Shown here one piece after another: positions 11,204 to 25,362 of a stretch of DNA of 64,000 nt (the stretch's first letter is position 1; each line of letters starts with the position of its first letter). This DNA comes from Escherichia coli. Its GTDB lineage: Bacteria; Pseudomonadota; Gammaproteobacteria; Enterobacterales; Enterobacteriaceae. Below the pieces are notes generated by a model. That model searched no databases and was not told where the DNA came from. It saw only the letters and a program-made list of their open reading frames with translations. A program made the position numbers and the translations under genes. Location of the stretch: assembly GCF_003334385.1 (NCBI RefSeq), contig NZ_QOWN01000016.1; one strand, 5' to 3'.

Positions 11204-12088
11204 TTACTTTGTAATGAGATCGGGGTCAACTTCGCTTAACCGGCTTCGTTTTGACAGGTTGCCGGTCTTTCTTTTTTTCACTTTCGCCAGTTCTTCCGCA
11301 GAGTAATGCGACGCGACATCCAGCCGTCGAAGCCCCATTTTGATGTACTCGCTGTTGATCTCAATACCAATGAATTTTCGTCCGCTGGCGATGGCTACGG
11401 CACCGGTAGTAAAGCTACCAGCAAACGGGTCGAGAACGATATCGCCTGGGTTGGAAGAGGCGAGAATAATGCGTTTCAGTAAGGCTTCCGGTTTTTGCGT
11501 CGGGTGGTTTTCATATTCATCCATCAAATAACGCACGCGCGGAAAATCCCAAACGTTACCCGGTACTTTTTGATGATTGTAAGGCTGTGGAGGATTTTTG
11601 CGATAATCGATCAACGCGCGCTGCGATCCGGTTTTGGCTTCTACCAGAATAGCATCACCGTTGAATGTGTAGTTCTTTGCGTCTTTCACCATCATCAGGA
11701 TGGGTTCGTACATGGAGCCGTAGTGTTTTTTCGCCTGCACTCCAGAACTGTCATATGACCAGACGATGCGACTTTTGATGGTAAAAAGCTTGCGGCACTG
11801 GAGATCGATAAAGGGCATGTTTTCCGTACTGTTCATGATGTACATGCTGCCCTGCTTTTTCAGAACGCGGTGGCACTCTGCAATCACTTCAAACAGCCAG
11901 TCGATAAACAGATCTTCTTTCCAGGCTTCGATCAGACCATCAAAATTTTTACCGATGTTATATGGTGGGTCGGCAAAGATCAGATCGACACTTTCGGCGG
12001 GGATCTTTTTAAGTTCGGCAAGCGCATCACCGTGAATAATGGTCTTAGCTTCATTACCAAACCGGGTCGGTTCACATCCTGTTCTCAT
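11204..12088 (-). CDS. yhdJ: orphan DNA N6-adenine methyltransferase (beta-class)
   Basis: 294 aa from ATG at 12088; motif IV DPPY (FADPPYNIG) precedes motif I (LDPFAGSFTTG); no restriction enzyme gene adjacent. Confidence 0.88.
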   Translation of the reverse strand: MRTGCEPTRFGNEAKTIIHGDALAELKKIPAESVDLIFADPPYNIGKNFDGLIEAWKEDLFIDWLFEVIAECHRVLKKQGSMYIMNSTENMPFIDLQCRKLFTIKSRIVWSYDSSGVQAKKHYGSMYEPILMMVKDAKNYTFNGDAILVEAKTGSQRALIDYRKNPPQPYNHQKVPGNVWDFPRVRYLMDEYENHPTQKPEALLKRIILASSNPGDIVLDPFAGSFTTGAVAIASGRKFIGIEINSEYIKMGLRRLDVASHYSAEELAKVKKRKTGNLSKRSRLSEVDPDLITK

Positions 12089-12111
12089 GGTCACTCCCTT
12101 TGTGACACCTA

Positions 12112-12150
12112 TAAAAAAGGCGCTTCCCCATGCCGAGTAGCGCCTTTTTA
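12112..12150 (-). terminator. dusB-fis operon terminator (bidirectional hairpin)
   Basis: AAAAAAGGCGCT...AGCGCCTTTTTA hairpin with A-run on one side and T-run on the other, just 3' of fis stop. Confidence 0.6.
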
Positions 12151-12173
12151 ATCAAGCATTTAGCTAACCTGAA

Positions 12174-12470
12174 TTAGTTCATGCCGTATTTTTTCAATTT
12201 TTTACGCAGCGTACCACGGTTGATGCCCATCATCAGCGCAGCACGGGTCTGGTTACCACGGGTGTATTGCATCACCATGTCCAACAGGGGCTGTTCTACT
12301 TCAGCCAGTACCAGCTCATAGAGGTCATTCACATCCTGACCATTCAGTTGAGCAAAATAGTTCTTCAGTGCCTGTTTAACCGAGTCACGCAGGGGTTTTT
12401 GGGTTACCTGATCCTGAGAGTTAACGGTAGAAACGGTCAGTACGTCAGAATTTACGCGTTGTTCGAACAT
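12174..12470 (-). CDS. fis: nucleoid-associated protein Fis
   Basis: 98 aa, C-terminal HTH ...[27 protein letters not shown]. Confidence 0.95.
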
Positions 12471-12495
12471 AGTTCTGTCAGCTCTTTATTTCTGT

Positions 12496-13461
12496 TTACG
12501 CAAAATTTTCGAAGTATGCCTCCAACGCCTCCAGCTGTTCGCTGGCATCCTCAATGGCGTTGAATGTGCGCCGAAACTGGTCATTTGGAGCGTGTTCCTG
12601 GAGATACCAGGAAACGTGTTTACGTGCAATTCGGTACCCTTTTGCCGGACCATAAAAGTCATGCAGTTCCCGAACGTGCGCGCAAAGCAAGCGCTTAACC
12701 TCTGCCAAAGGCAGCGGGGGCAGCAACTCCCCAGTGTCCAGATAATGCTGGATTTCCCGAAAGATCCAGGGTCTTCCCTGAGCTGCGCGGCCTATCATCA
12801 GGGCATCCGCCCCTGTATAGTCGAGCACAGCTCTGGCTTTAAGCGGGTCAGTAATGTCGCCATTCGCGATAACCGGAATGGAAACTTTCTGCTTAACTGC
12901 CCGAATACTGTCGTACTCAGCTTCTCCATTGAACAAACAGGCGCGTGTACGGCCATGAATGGTCAGAGCCTGAATGCCACAGTCTTCAGCCAGTTGGGCA
13001 ATCTCTTCGCAGTTACGGTGTTCCGGTGCCCAGCCGGTGCGAATCTTCAGGGTAACAGGAACGTCCACTGCATTGACGACCTCGGTAAGGATCGATTTAA
13101 CGACATCCGGGTACTGCAAGAGGGCTGAACCTGCGAGCTTGCGATTCACTTTTTTAGCCGGGCAACCCATATTGATATCAATAATCTGGGCACCGCTTTC
13201 CACGTTAATACGTGCTGCATCTGCCATTTCTTTCGGATCGCTACCAGCAATTTGCACGGTGCGAATACCGGGTTCATCAATGTGCACCATCCGTAAACGA
13301 GATTTGTCGCTTTCCCAAACCTGTGGGTTAGAAGACATCATCTCGGATACTGTCAATCCGGCTCCCATCTCGTAGCACAACGTCCGAAAAGGTCTGTCTG
13401 TAATGCCAGCCATGGGCGCTGCGATCAGGCGATTTCTGAGCTGATATTGTCCGATGCGCAT
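12496..13461 (-). CDS. dusB: tRNA-dihydrouridine synthase B
   Basis: 321 aa, Dus family TIM-barrel; upstream gene of the fis operon. Confidence 0.93.
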   Translation of the reverse strand: MRIGQYQLRNRLIAAPMAGITDRPFRTLCYEMGAGLTVSEMMSSNPQVWESDKSRLRMVHIDEPGIRTVQIAGSDPKEMADAARINVESGAQIIDINMGCPAKKVNRKLAGSALLQYPDVVKSILTEVVNAVDVPVTLKIRTGWAPEHRNCEEIAQLAEDCGIQALTIHGRTRACLFNGEAEYDSIRAVKQKVSIPVIANGDITDPLKARAVLDYTGADALMIGRAAQGRPWIFREIQHYLDTGELLPPLPLAEVKRLLCAHVRELHDFYGPAKGYRIARKHVSWYLQEHAPNDQFRRTFNAIEDASEQLEALEAYFENFA

Positions 13462-13494
13462 GAGTTAAGAAATGACCATACTGTGACTGCAAGG

Positions 13495-13530
13495 CGGCGT
13501 ATATTACGCATTTTTTGCACGAGATGAAAG
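13495..13530 (-). promoter_or_regulatory. fis operon promoter (-35 TTCATC, -10 TAATAT, GC-rich discriminator)
   Basis: Minus strand reads TTTCATCTCGTGCAAAAAATGCGTAATATACGCCGCCTTGCAG upstream of dusB; -10 hexamer is at 13501-13506 and -35 at 13523-13528 in + coordinates. Confidence 0.6.
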
Positions 13531-13789
13531 GCCAAACTTTGACCAATCCTCTGAGATGGATCAAAGAATTGCATTTAAAATGAGCGTGGTGCGATAATTA
13601 CTCATAAAAATCATCATATTAGAAAATAGTGACTAAAATTTACACTCAAAGAAATTTGAGTAAGTTCTCAATTTTTCTTTATGAATGAAAATTTTGGCAC
13701 GCAAATTTGCGTAAATAATCGGCAAATTTACGTGCCTTTTGTGAGCTTGCTCGCACTTCGCCCCGCGTCACCCTACGGCGATGCGAAGG

Positions 13790-14671
13790 TTAATTCTTAC
13801 GACCGGTAATACGGCACCACTCTTCTTTTTCCACGACCGGGTCCAGTGCGAAGCTATCGGCATAAGCTTCACAAACGCTCTCTGCCTGGCTTGCCAGAAT
13901 ACCGGAAAGGCCCAGCAAACCGCCTGAAACCGGCAGGACGCTGATTAACGGTGCCAGTTCACGTAATGGGCCTGCAAGGATGTTAGCGACCACCACGTCG
14001 GCTTTCATTTCTTCTGGCTGATCTTTCGGTAAGTAGAGTTCCAGACGGTCAGAAACGCCATTACGTTCGGCGTTATCGCGGCTGGCCTGAATCGCCTGCG
14101 GATCGATATCAATACCAATGGCTTTTGCTGCACCCAGTTTCAGCGCCGCGATCGCCAGAATGCCGGAACCACAGCCAAAGTCGATGACTGTTTTACCGGT
14201 TAAATCGAGGCTGTCGAGCCATTGCAGGCACAGAGAGGTGGTTGGATGGGTACCCGTACCAAACGCCAGCCCTGGATCTAACATCACGTTGACGGCGTTT
14301 TCGTCCGGCACATCACGCCAGCTAGGGCAGATCCACAGTCGTTCACCAAAGCGCATCGGGTGGAAATTATCCATCCATTCGCGCTCCCAGTCTTTATCTT
14401 CTAGTTGTTCGATTTTATGCGCGAAGCCTGCGCCGAGCAGCGGATGGTTTTCCAGAATCGCCACCACGTCGTTCATATCGGTTTCAGCGTCGAACAGACC
14501 AATCACATCGGTGTCGCCCCACAGGCGCGTTTCGCCCGGCAGCGGTTCAAATACTGGCGTATCGTGGGTATCCTGAAAAGTGATAGAAACGGCACCCGCT
14601 TCCATCAGCGCATCGCTAAGATCTTCCGCGTTCGCGCCGGTGGTGTTCAGTTTCAGTTGGATCCAAGGCAT
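13790..14671 (-). CDS. prmA: ribosomal protein L11 methyltransferase
   Basis: 293 aa; SAM-binding motif [15 protein letters not shown]. Confidence 0.93.
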
Positions 14672-14682
14672 GGCAAAACTCT

Positions 14683-16134
14683 TTATTTATCAGTAGTCAA
14701 AACGGTAGCTTGCGGGACGGATGTACCGAAACGGTTTCCGACCAGGAAAGCCAGCAAACTTAGTAGTAACGAGGGCACGATAGGGTGGAAGCCCAGGTAC
14801 TGAATATTCAGCGTCGCGAGTACGGCATACAGCACGCCGCCAACGATCATCGCACTTAGCGCGCCTTTGGCGTTGGCGCGTTCCCAGTAAAGACCCAGCA
14901 CCAGCGGCCACAGGAAAACGGCTTCCAGCCCACCGAAGGCCAACAAATTCAGCCAGATGATCATTTCTGGCGGCTTCCAGGCGGCAAGCAGCAGCAACGC
15001 GCCGAGAACTAACGTAATTACCGCCGACATCCGCTTCAGACGCGTCTCGTTTTGCATTTGATCCGGACGGATATTCAGATAGAGATCTTTAATGATCGTA
15101 GCGGAACTTTGCAGCAGTTGGGCGTTAATTGTCGACATGATCGCAGCCATCGGTGCAGCCAGGAAGATCCCGGCAGCAAACGGTGGCAGCACTTTTACCA
15201 TTAACGTTGGGATCACCAGGTCCGGTACGGTGAGATCGGGGATCACCGCCCGACCTAACGCTCCGGCCAGGTGCATACCGAACATCAGAATTGCGACCAC
15301 AATCGTACCGATGATGATCCCCCGATGTACGGCTTTGCTGTCTTTATAAGAGATACAGCGCACCGCAGTATGCGGCAGGCCAATCACGCCAAAACACACC
15401 AGTACCCAGAACGACGTCATAAAGGCAGGCGACAGAATATCGTCAGCGCCTTGTGGCGTAACCAGTTGCGGATCGATGGTTTGCAAGGTCTGTACTGCGT
15501 TACTTAAGCCGCCAGCGGCATGTACTACGCCAATAAGCAGCACAACGGTGCCAATCAGCATCACAAGCCCTTGCATGGTGTCGTTCAGCACGCTGGCGCG
15601 AAAGCCACCAAAGGCGGTATATAACGCAATGCTGATACCAAAAATCAGCAGCCCGGTTTCATAAGGAATACCCGCCGCGGTTTCCAGCAGGCGCGCACCG
15701 CCGATAAACTGCACGGTCATCGCACCAACGAACGCAACCAGCAAACTCAAACTCGCCAGCCACACCAGAAGACGACTCTGGTAGCGGGCAAACAGCATAT
15801 CGTTCAGCGTCACTGCATTGTAGCGGCGCGCAAGAATCGCAAACTTCTTGCCGAGAATACCGAGTGAAAGCCAGACTGCAGGAAGCTGAATCATCGCCAG
15901 CAATACCCAGCCCAGCCCGTATTTATAAGCAGCTCCTGGCCCGCCGATAAACGAACTGGCACTGATATAGGTCGCGGTGAGCGTCATCGCCAGCACAATA
16001 CCGCCCATAGAGCGGCTGCCGAGGAAATACTCATTAAGGAAGGTGCCGGTGCTCCGTTTACGCATCGCATAAACCGAGATACCGAACACCACCACCAGAT
16101 AGGCGACCAGCGGTAGAATTACTTCAAGCTGCAT
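14683..16134 (-). CDS. panF: sodium/pantothenate symporter (SSS family)
   Basis: 483 aa from ATG at 16134 ([13 protein letters not shown]...); polytopic. Confidence 0.92.
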
Positions 16135-16366
16135 CGTCATCCTCCAGTGGGATATCGCGATAGATAAATTTCACCATCGCCCAGCACAGTCCAATAAACA
16201 GCAGCGGCGTCAGGATGCAGGCCATCTCAAACCAGCGCGGAAAGCCGGTAAAACCGGGGGCAACGCCAGATAAGTAAGCGGCTACTAACCAAACTGCCAG
16301 ATACAAAAGGGTCAGCCCCAGCGCCCAGCGCGCCTCTTTATGGGCCTGAACAAAACGAGTGTCCAT
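16124..16366 (-). CDS. yhdT: small membrane protein (DUF997), overlaps panF start
   Basis: 80 aa, two hydrophobic helices; stop overlaps the panF start region by about 11 nt. Confidence 0.8.
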   Translation of the reverse strand: MDTRFVQAHKEARWALGLTLLYLAVWLVAAYLSGVAPGFTGFPRWFEMACILTPLLFIGLCWAMVKFIYRDIPLEDDDAA

Positions 16367-16431
16367 TTTTTGTCCCTGATGGGTGAAGAAAGCGGGGATT
16401 GTACCTTATGGGGGTTGTCGATCCCCAGTAA

Positions 16432-16460
16432 TAAAAAAGGCCGGAAAATCCGGCCTTTTG
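16432..16460 (-). terminator. accBC operon terminator
   Basis: AAAAGGCCGG-AAAAT-CCGGCCTTTT hairpin; read on the minus strand it is followed by a T-run, 15 nt after accC stop. Confidence 0.7.
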
Positions 16461-16474
16461 ACGCTTTAGCAGTC

Positions 16475-17824
16475 TTATTTTTCCTGAAGACCGAGTTTTT
16501 TCTCCAGATAGTGGATGTTAGTGCCACCATGCTGGAAGTTCTCGTCATTCATGATGCGGATCTGCAGATCAACGTTGGTTTTGATACCGTCGATGATCAG
16601 CTCCTGCAGCGCATTCTTCATGCGGGCAATCGCCACGTCACGGTTTTCACCGTAGCAAATCAGCTTACCGATCATTGAGTCATAGTACGGCGGTACGGTG
16701 TAGCCCGCGTAGATATGAGACTCCCAACGTACGCCAAAACCGCCAGGTGCGTGGAAACGGGTGATTTTGCCCGGACTTGGCAGGAAGGTGTTCGGATCTT
16801 CGGCGTTGATACGACATTCCACCGCATGGCCGCGAATGTGAACTTCTTCTTGCTTGATCGACAGCGGTTGACCGGCAGCGATACGCAGCTGTTCTTTGAT
16901 CAGGTCAACGCCGGTGATCATTTCTGTAACCGGGTGTTCTACCTGAATACGGGTGTTCATTTCGATGAAATAGAACTCGCCGTTTTCGAACAGGAACTCG
17001 AAAGTACCTGCACCGCGATAGCCGATATCAACACACGCTTTAGCGCAACGTTCGCCGATGTAGCGACGCAGTTCCGGGGTAATGCCCGGTGCTGGCGCTT
17101 CTTCGACCACTTTCTGGTGGCGGCGTTGCATGGAGCAGTCACGTTCCGCCAGATAGATAGCGTTGCCCTGACCGTCAGCCAGTACCTGAATCTCGACGTG
17201 GCGAGGATTTTCCAGGTATTTCTCCATGTAAACCATATCGTTGCTGAAAGCAGCTTTCGCTTCCGCACGGGTCATGGAGATGGATTGTGCCAGTTCAGCG
17301 TCGCCGCGCACTACGCGCATACCGCGACCGCCGCCGCCGCCGGAGGCTTTGATAATCACCGGATAACCAATGCGTTTAGCAATGGCACGGTTTTTATCCA
17401 TATCGTCGCCCAGCGGGCCGTCAGAACCCGGTACGCAAGGGACGCCCGCTTTTTTCATCGCCGCGATTGCGGATACTTTGTCGCCCATCAGGCGAATGGT
17501 TTCTGCTTTCGGGCCAATGAAGATAAAGCCGGAGCGTTCAACCTGCTCGGCAAAGTTGGCGTTCTCGGAGAGGAAGCCGTAACCCGGATGGATTGCTACT
17601 GCGCCGGTGATTTCAGCGGCGCTGATGATTGCCGGGATGTTCAGATAACTTTTTACTGACGGAGCAGGGCCAATACAGACCGTTTCATCTGCCAGTAATA
17701 CGTGTTTTAGATCGCGATCCGCGCTGGAGTGCACAGCGACAGTCTTGATGCCCAGTTCTTTACAGGCACGAAGAATACGCAATGCAATCTCGCCGCGGTT
17801 GGCAATAACAATTTTATCCAGCAT
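16475..17824 (-). CDS. accC: biotin carboxylase subunit of acetyl-CoA carboxylase
   Basis: 449 aa from ATG at 17824 ([16 protein letters not shown]...); ATP-grasp; ORF track adds 13 codons upstream. Confidence 0.95.
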   Translation of the reverse strand: MLDKIVIANRGEIALRILRACKELGIKTVAVHSSADRDLKHVLLADETVCIGPAPSVKSYLNIPAIISAAEITGAVAIHPGYGFLSENANFAEQVERSGFIFIGPKAETIRLMGDKVSAIAAMKKAGVPCVPGSDGPLGDDMDKNRAIAKRIGYPVIIKASGGGGGRGMRVVRGDAELAQSISMTRAEAKAAFSNDMVYMEKYLENPRHVEIQVLADGQGNAIYLAERDCSMQRRHQKVVEEAPAPGITPELRRYIGERCAKACVDIGYRGAGTFEFLFENGEFYFIEMNTRIQVEHPVTEMITGVDLIKEQLRIAAGQPLSIKQEEVHIRGHAVECRINAEDPNTFLPSPGKITRFHAPGGFGVRWESHIYAGYTVPPYYDSMIGKLICYGENRDVAIARMKNALQELIIDGIKTNVDLQIRIMNDENFQHGGTNIHYLEKKLGLQEK

Positions 17825-17834
17825 GTTCGCCTCG

Positions 17835-18305
17835 TTACTCGATGACGACCAGCGGCTCGTCAAATTCTACCGGTTGTCCACTTTCGACCAGAATTGCTTT
17901 CACGGTACCGGATTTGTCCGCTTCGATCTGGTTCATCATTTTCATGGCTTCAACGATGCACAGGGTATCGCCCACGTTGACTTTCTGACCCACTTCGATG
18001 AACGCTTTTGCGTCCGGGCTTGGGGTGCGGTAGAAAGTACCAACCATCGGGGAACGTACGATGTGACCACTGATTTCCGCTGCTGCTGGCGCTTCCATGG
18101 AAGGAACGGTCGCCGGAGCGGCTGCGTTAGATTGAGCTGGCTGCTGCATCATTGGTGCAGCGTAAGCTTGTTGCATCACAGGGAAACTTGCGGCAGGAGC
18201 TGCACGGCTAATGCGTACTGACTCTTCGCCTTCAGAAATTTCCAGTTCGGAGATGCCTGATTCTTCAACCAGCTCGATCAGTTTTTTAATCTTACGAATA
18301 TCCAT
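17835..18305 (-). CDS. accB: biotin carboxyl carrier protein
   Basis: 156 aa; biotinylation motif EAMKMMN; Pro/Ala-rich linker. Confidence 0.95.
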
Positions 18306-19282
18306 GAGTGGGTTCCGTACTCTTTGTTTAGTGTGATTGTGACAGGCGTTTCACCGCCGTCTGTAAAGCGTATGCCCCGACAGCTGTATGCATAGCGATA
18401 AATTCCAGCAGGCCGGGACGCCGGTCTATTTTGCCCCAGAGTGTCAATGTTAGACTTGACGGACATTGTGCAGCGATCTGCTGCTATCCTCCGGCAAAAA
18501 ACAAAATATACCTTCGTTGCGCCAATGTCACCTTTTCCGCAGCGCAAAAACTGCGTCAGGGAGGACGAGGTCGCACATTATAACGATTTCGTAGCAATTG
18601 GCAGCTAAATACTGGTCTTATCAGGGAAGATAATCAACAGCTAACATGTAAATAACCTTCAACACCGTGTAATTTGCAACAAGCCGCACAATTCACGAAA
18701 TTAGCGCCATCATCGACGGAACTTCTTATAACGTAAGGTGAAAAGCTGAAAAGCCAGCCCTGCGAAGATGAGGGGCTGCAATGAGATAATCTTCACAGAC
18801 CACAAATAATGTAGGGATGCCAGGATCGCGACAAGATAGACGACATTACGCAGCGGTTGCTGGGGATTACCCAATTTTCACTGCATCGTCTGGATAGATG
18901 TGAATGCTAAAGCACGCAAAATTAACCGATTGACAATGCTCAGCATTAAATAGGTTCGAGTGATTAATTTGTAGTCAAACAAAATCAGATTATTCACCCC
19001 ATGGTACCAGAAATAAGTAAGGGGCTAAGCGTAGCGTCGCCCAGGCAAAGCACCATAAACCTAACAGGCGACGGAGGCGTATCAATAATAGCTGTTTAGT
19101 GGAGTATCAATGCGCATCAATTTGTGGTCAGTCGAAATCATGACTTTCCAGTTTGGATGATGTTGTATAACTTCCTGACCAAGGTGTTCGACGAAAGCTG
19201 TCCGGCTAACCGCTTTTCCCGTTAACCGATTGAATAATGATTTCAAAATGAGTTCCCTCTCTTATTATTCCCTGCTAAATGG

Positions 19283-20257
19283 TTAGTTAACCTTCACCAG
19301 CGTGCGACCCTGGATCTGGTTATTAATGATGGCCTCGGCAAAGTTCGGTGCCTCTGACAGAGATATCTCTTTTGCCGCCTGGGTATAGAATGATTCCGGT
19401 AAATCGGCGACCAGTCGCTGCCAGGCTTGTGCGCGGCGTTCTGGTGGCGTCATTACTGAATCCACCCCTTGCAAACGGACATTACGCAGAATAAATGGCA
19501 TGACCGTGGTTGGCAGAGTAAAACCACCCGCCAGACCACAGGCCGCCACGCAGCCGCCGTAATTCATTTGCGCCAGCACTTTTGCCAGCACTTTGTCGCC
19601 AACGGTGTCAATTGCCCCAGCCCAGACTTGTTTTTCCAGAGGACGGGATTCGGCAAACTCATCACGAGGGAGAACACGGCTAGCACCTAAACTTTTCAGA
19701 TATTCATGGGTACTTTCGCGACCGGAAACGGCAACGACCTGATAACCCAACTTATGCAGCAGCGCCACGGCGGTACTGCCGACGCCACCACTGGCACCCG
19801 TCACGACAATCTCCCCGTCCTGCGGGCGAACACCGGCATCTTCCAGCGCCATCACACACAGCATGGCGGTAAAACCGGCAGTACCGATAATCATTGCTTT
19901 ACGCGCGTCCAGCCCTTGCGGCATGGCAACCAGCCAGTCACCTTTCACTCGCGCCTGCTCCGCCAGCCCACCCCAGTGGTTTTCACCAACGCCCCAGCCA
20001 GTGAGTAACACCTCCTGACCGGCATGAAAACGCGGATCTTCGCTGGTGCGTACAGTTCCGGCAAAATCGATCCCAGGAATCATCGGAAAATTACGGATGA
20101 TTTTTCCCTTACCGGTAATCGCCAGCGCATCTTTATAGTTCAGGCTCGACCAGTGAACATCGACCGTGACATCGCCCTCCGGCAGGCGACTTTCGTCCAG
20201 AGTCTGTACTGATGCGAGAGTTTTGCCGTCCTGCTGTTCTAAAAGTAACGCCTGCAT
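19283..20257 (-). CDS. acuI: acrylyl-CoA reductase, MDR superfamily (YhdH)
   Basis: 324 aa, quinone oxidoreductase-like, GxGxxG NAD(P)-binding (VTGASGGVGS). Confidence 0.9.
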   Translation of the reverse strand: MQALLLEQQDGKTLASVQTLDESRLPEGDVTVDVHWSSLNYKDALAITGKGKIIRNFPMIPGIDFAGTVRTSEDPRFHAGQEVLLTGWGVGENHWGGLAEQARVKGDWLVAMPQGLDARKAMIIGTAGFTAMLCVMALEDAGVRPQDGEIVVTGASGGVGSTAVALLHKLGYQVVAVSGRESTHEYLKSLGASRVLPRDEFAESRPLEKQVWAGAIDTVGDKVLAKVLAQMNYGGCVAACGLAGGFTLPTTVMPFILRNVRLQGVDSVMTPPERRAQAWQRLVADLPESFYTQAAKEISLSEAPNFAEAIINNQIQGRTLVKVN

Positions 20258-20408
20258 AAGTGGTCCTCATGTGCATGATGGATTGGAAAATAATTTCTGA
20301 AGACTATACTCGCTAATGGAAAAGCAAAGCCGATGAAGCGCAATAAATTGCGAGATAAATCTGATTTGCTAGTATGCCCGCTTCCTCACTATCGGAGTTA
20401 ACACAAGG

Positions 20409-22349
20409 ATGAGATTAACGACGAAATTTTCGGCCTTTGTTACGCTGCTCACCGGGTTAACAATTTTTGTGACTTTGCTGGGCTGTTCGCTAAGTTTCTA
20501 CAACGCCATTCAGTATAAGTTTAGTCATCGCGTTCAGGCGGTGGCGACGGCGATTGATACCCACCTTGTGTCGAATGACTTCAGCGTATTAAGGCCACAA
20601 ATTACCGAATTAATGATGTCGGCAGATATCGTTCGTGTAGACCTGCTCCATGGTGATAAACAGGTTTATACCCTGGCCAGAAATGGTAGTTATCGTCCAG
20701 TTGGCTCCAGCGATCTGTTTCGCGAACTGAGCGTTCCGTTGATAAAGCATCCGGGGATGTCGTTGCGTCTGGTTTATCAGGATCCGATGGGCAACTATTT
20801 CCATTCGTTGATGACCACCGCGCCGCTCACGGGGGCGATTGGCTTTATCATTGTTATGCTCTTCCTGGCGGTACGCTGGTTACAACGGCAACTTGCCGGG
20901 CAAGAATTGCTGGAAACCCGGGCTACTCGTATCTTAAACGGTGAGCGTGGCTCTAATGTGTTGGGAACCATCTATGAATGGCCGCCCAGAACCAGCAGTG
21001 CGCTGGATACGCTGCTTCGTGAAATTCAGAACGCACGCGAACAACACAGCCGTCTTGATACGCTGATCCGCTCTTATGCCGCCCAGGACGTGAAAACCGG
21101 CCTCAATAACCGACTCTTTTTCGATAATCAGTTAGCAACGTTACTGGAAGATCAGGAGAAAGTAGGTACCCACGGGATCGTGATGATGATTCGTCTGCCG
21201 GATTTCAATATGTTGAGCGATACCTGGGGGCACAGCCAGGTTGAAGAACAGTTCTTCACTCTGACGAATCTGCTGTCGACATTTATGATGCGCTACCCTG
21301 GCGCACTGCTGGCGCGTTACCACCGCAGTGATTTTGCTGCGCTGTTACCGCACCGGACGTTAAAAGAGGCAGAGAGCATCGCCGGTCAGTTAATCAAAGC
21401 CGTTGATACCTTGCCGAACAATAAAATGCTCGATCGCGACGATATGATCCACATTGGTATCTGCGCCTGGCGTAGTGGTCAGGATACCGAGCAGGTAATG
21501 GAACATGCAGAGTCTGCCACGCGTAATGCGGGATTGCAGGGCGGCAATAGCTGGGCTATTTACGATGACTCGTTGCCTGAAAAAGGACGCGGTAATGTTC
21601 GCTGGCGTACGCTTATCGAGCAAATGCTCAGTCGCGGCGGCCCGCGCCTTTATCAAAAACCGGCGGTTACTCGCGAAGGTCAGGTTCATCATCGCGAACT
21701 CATGTGCCGCATCTTCGATGGTAATGAAGAGGTTAGCTCGGCGGAGTATATGCCGATGGTCTTGCAGTTTGGCTTATCGGAAGAGTATGACCGTCTGCAA
21801 ATCAGCCGTCTTATTCCACTATTGCGTTACTGGCCAGAGGAAAATCTGGCGATTCAGGTTACCGTTGAGTCGCTGATTCGCCCGCGTTTTCAGCGTTGGC
21901 TGCGCGATACGTTAATGCAATGTGAAAAATCACAACGAAAACGCATAATTATTGAACTTGCAGAGGCCGATGTAGGTCAACATATCAGTCGTTTACAACC
22001 TGTTATTCGTTTAGTGAATGCTTTAGGGGTACGGGTAGCCGTCAACCAGGCTGGTTTGACGCTGGTAAGTACCAGTTGGATCAAAGAACTTAATGTTGAG
22101 TTACTCAAGCTCCATCCGGGGCTGGTCAGAAACATTGAGAAGCGAACGGAGAACCAGCTGCTGGTTCAAAGCCTGGTGGAAGCCTGCTCCGGGACCAGCA
22201 CCCAGGTTTACGCCACCGGCGTGCGTTCGCGAAGCGAGTGGCAGACCCTGATTCAGCGCGGTGTTACAGGCGGGCAAGGGGATTTTTTCGCGTCCTCACA
22301 GCCACTTGATACTAACGTGAAAAAATATTCACAAAGATACTCGGTTTAA
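20409..22349 (+). CDS. csrD: RNase E specificity factor CsrD (degenerate GGDEF-EAL protein)
   Basis: 646 aa, N-terminal TM segments followed by GGDEF-like and EAL-like regions. Confidence 0.9.
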   Translation: MRLTTKFSAFVTLLTGLTIFVTLLGCSLSFYNAIQYKFSHRVQAVATAIDTHLVSNDFSVLRPQITELMMSADIVRVDLLHGDKQVYTLARNGSYRPVGSSDLFRELSVPLIKHPGMSLRLVYQDPMGNYFHSLMTTAPLTGAIGFIIVMLFLAVRWLQRQLAGQELLETRATRILNGERGSNVLGTIYEWPPRTSSALDTLLREIQNAREQHSRLDTLIRSYAAQDVKTGLNNRLFFDNQLATLLEDQEKVGTHGIVMMIRLPDFNMLSDTWGHSQVEEQFFTLTNLLSTFMMRYPGALLARYHRSDFAALLPHRTLKEAESIAGQLIKAVDTLPNNKMLDRDDMIHIGICAWRSGQDTEQVMEHAESATRNAGLQGGNSWAIYDDSLPEKGRGNVRWRTLIEQMLSRGGPRLYQKPAVTREGQVHHRELMCRIFDGNEEVSSAEYMPMVLQFGLSEEYDRLQISRLIPLLRYWPEENLAIQVTVESLIRPRFQRWLRDTLMQCEKSQRKRIIIELAEADVGQHISRLQPVIRLVNALGVRVAVNQAGLTLVSTSWIKELNVELLKLHPGLVRNIEKRTENQLLVQSLVEACSGTSTQVYATGVRSRSEWQTLIQRGVTGGQGDFFASSQPLDTNVKKYSQRYSV

Positions 22350-22527
22350 CCTGCCGTTTAATCCGTTTTCACGTAGAATAACGCGCGCTGCGTCTCATGG
22401 GAGTGTGCTTGTCTGCTCGCCAGATTGTTGCAGCACATATGCAGATGAATGACCTTACGCGGTTGCAAACAGGCGAGGAATGCTGCTGATGCATTAAGCC
22501 TTTCTGGACTCAGGCAGAGATTTGTAA

Positions 22528-23697
<1,170 letters not shown>

Positions 23698-23762
23698 TCG
23701 GATGCAGGCAGGGGAAGTGTCTGTTTACCCTGCCTGGTCTGATACGAGAATACGCATAACTT

Positions 23763-25354
<1,592 letters not shown>

Positions 25355-25362
25355 AGGTTTCT

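Noticed and set aside
16715-17659. 314-aa ORF antisense to accC
   Set aside because: Fully embedded opposite a highly conserved gene; low-complexity Ala/Arg/Phe-rich translation typical of antisense frames in GC-balanced genes
18278-18547. 89-aa ORF upstream of and overlapping the accB start
   Set aside because: Same strand as accB, overlapping its start and promoter/leader; no RBS evident and Cys/Arg-rich translation
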